A DNA stretch of 63,929 nucleotides, the filler included, from Octopus bimaculoides (taxonomy: Eukaryota), in the NCBI RefSeq assembly GCF_001194135.2. It is 7 parts of 6 records of this genome, joined end to end, with 100 filler letters (N's around TTAATTAATTAA, not from the genome) between each part and the next. Parts side by side here need not be neighbours in the genome. Positions count along the whole stretch, not along the records: positions 59,217 to 62,060 come from NC_068986.1; positions 62,161 to 63,929 come from NC_068985.1; 5 more parts are not named here. One strand, 5' to 3'. Positions 61,790 through 63,929 of this stretch are shown piece by piece. A program made the position numbers and the translations under genes. A model generated the notes under the pieces. That model did no database searches and was not told the DNA's origin. It saw only the letters and a list, made by a program, of their open reading frames with translations. The first letter of the stretch is position 1. Each line of letters begins with the position of its first letter.

Positions 61790-63929
61790 CACACACACGC
61801 ACGCACACGCACACATACACATACACATACACACACACACCAGGATTGGTGGGTCAGTGAAAGAGATTCTTGAAGCACAATGCATATATATATATATATC
61901 AAAATAAGCAACAAGGATATCCAGAGGTAATGCAGTATGATAATTTCAAGCAACTCCATTTAATTGAACAATGCAATCATTACATCAATTTAAATGCAGA
62001 GCAATCCTAAGTTAATATTTAAGTATATAATATGTATAAAATATTAAACTATTTCGATGTNNNNNNNNNNNNNNNNNNNNNNNNNNNNNNNNNNNNNNNN
62101 NNNNTTAATTAATTAANNNNNNNNNNNNNNNNNNNNNNNNNNNNNNNNNNNNNNNNNNNNTATATATATATACATATACATATATATGCGTGTCCAGCTA
62201 TAACTCCTACATATACATCCCAACACGTGTTCATACACTAATTTTTGTTTGCGGCAGTAATGCAATATACTTTGTATTCTGAATATGAGATAAACGCTAA
62301 ACTTACAACGAATCTATATTTGACACTTTAGTAGCAATCACGTATTTTCAGCACGTTTCTGTAAAGAAATAAATTATTCGAAACTCTCATACAACGTTGT
62401 GTTCCTCAACTGCCTCTCTAAATATACCATTTTCTCTCTTATACTTACCAGAATTTTGTTCAATATAAACTAGTGTATTTTGCACCAGTTTAATTTTGTC
62501 AATATGTGTACAAACGCATCATTGTTCAAATCGTAACGAATCCTACATATTATACTGATTCTGTAAATCTATTGCATGTTTAAAATCGTTAATTGGATTC
62601 ATGGTGCATTCTAGAATGCTATACTTGACTGGATTAGTAAAACACATATACGAAAATAATTCAAAAATGTACATAAAACATTATTTCAGAGAAAATAAAA
62701 TGAAATCTAAATTTAGTTAAGATGAAATTATTTCTGTTTTCTTTAGGTAATAAACTTCAATATTGGGCGGATTGTGGATGAATTAATGGTGTTTGTATAA
62801 ATAAATATAATATAAAAGAAAAAGCTGTATTTCCAATTACACATGTTAAGGATTTTACTGCACGCACTCAGCAGCAATATAAATACTGGGAATTGTAAAA
62901 GAGAAATAGGAAGTAAAAGAAACTGACATGTTAGAAAACAAATCTGTTCGGCTAATGTTTTAATGTAATAAACGCTGTCATCGAGATACTGAGGCGACTC
63001 TCACATCACACACGCAATGTCTTTGTCATAATCTGTGAAGAAATTAACAGATGATAATGATGGAAATACCGCAGAATAAAATTAATAATTCAAGTTGACA
63101 CGTTAATGCTATATTAATACATTAATCAGTTGTGTTATGAAACAAAATGAAATATTTCGTAATTTTATTACAAAAATGTCTTCCAAAAGCTTTTACTCGC
63201 CAGTTTTATACTTGGATGTGTCAATCTCCAAAGTGCAGGTCGGTAAATATGAAATGAAATTATAGGCCTAAAGAGACCTAAAAATATTATGAATTCTATC
63301 CAAAGACAGAGGTAGCGCAATGTTCTCTCCATTCAGTAAGGTTTTACGGAATTGAACGTCAAATTCATACATAGCACCTTGAAATAACATGACGCATTTG
63401 ATAATTTAGTTACAGGTACAGAATGCTAAATATAAGATGAGGTGAACATGACAACAGCGCGTGTATTATTGTTGTGTTTTGTAAGAGGTCTGGAACTAAG
63501 CAATAAAAAAACATCGACTCCAACTACGAACACCACAAAGAAAAGAAATGCAGTAATATAAGCAATAACACCAACGACAACACTAGATAAAATCATTATC
63601 AACAATGACAAGGTACTAAAATGATGACGGAGAAAACTAACCATATCATCAAACTATTGCCGTATCAATGAGCTAGTGGAATTACAGCAGTACTGCTTTA
63701 AGATTAACTTAGTTCCCATATAAATAACAGCAATATATATTTTTAACAGTATATATTTTAACTATGCCACATTTCAACACCTTACATCCTGGTAAATATG
63801 TGAAATATTTCATTACAAAAGATAAATTTTAGAAACATGAGATCCTTCATCTTATTGGTTGTTACGTCATCAACTGGTATTAAAACCAACGTGTATAGAA
63901 TGTTTCATGTTCTACAGACTACATTATAT

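Overview
Eukaryotic, AT-rich, microsatellite- and transposon-dense draft-assembly DNA with roughly 6.5-7 kb of N gaps. The SINE/MITE content and microsatellite landscape look like a coleoid cephalopod, probably Octopus (inference from recalled repeat families; no search was run). One host coding exon is recognisable: 20922-21015 (+) encodes MVDCGGLRCAQERRSFKKELLSWGKKIPVLI-G and ends at a GTGAGT donor. It matches the N-terminal motif of E93/Mblk-1/LCORL pipsqueak-HTH transcription factors and is preceded by two CRE-like sites. No matching second exon was found, so the remaining ~43 kb is probably its first intron, with a candidate alternative 5' or poison exon at 48217-48442. The rest is decayed mobile DNA: piggyBac, mariner, Tc1, maT (DD37D), pogo/Tigger, MULE, hAT/Buster, RTE and RLE-type LINEs, an LTR remnant, three tRNA-derived SINE families, several MITEs/foldbacks and an 84-bp tandem array. 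The most unusual signal is a set of minimal hammerhead-ribozyme motifs from about three unrelated repeat families. One family (two copies) is a tRNA-headed, Pol III-like SINE carrying a hammerhead and a Penelope-type inverted end. All four intronic hammerhead motifs lie antisense to the E93/LCORL-like gene. Most ORFs in the supplied track are microsatellite or N-gap artefacts. No rRNA, true tRNA or CRISPR array was found.
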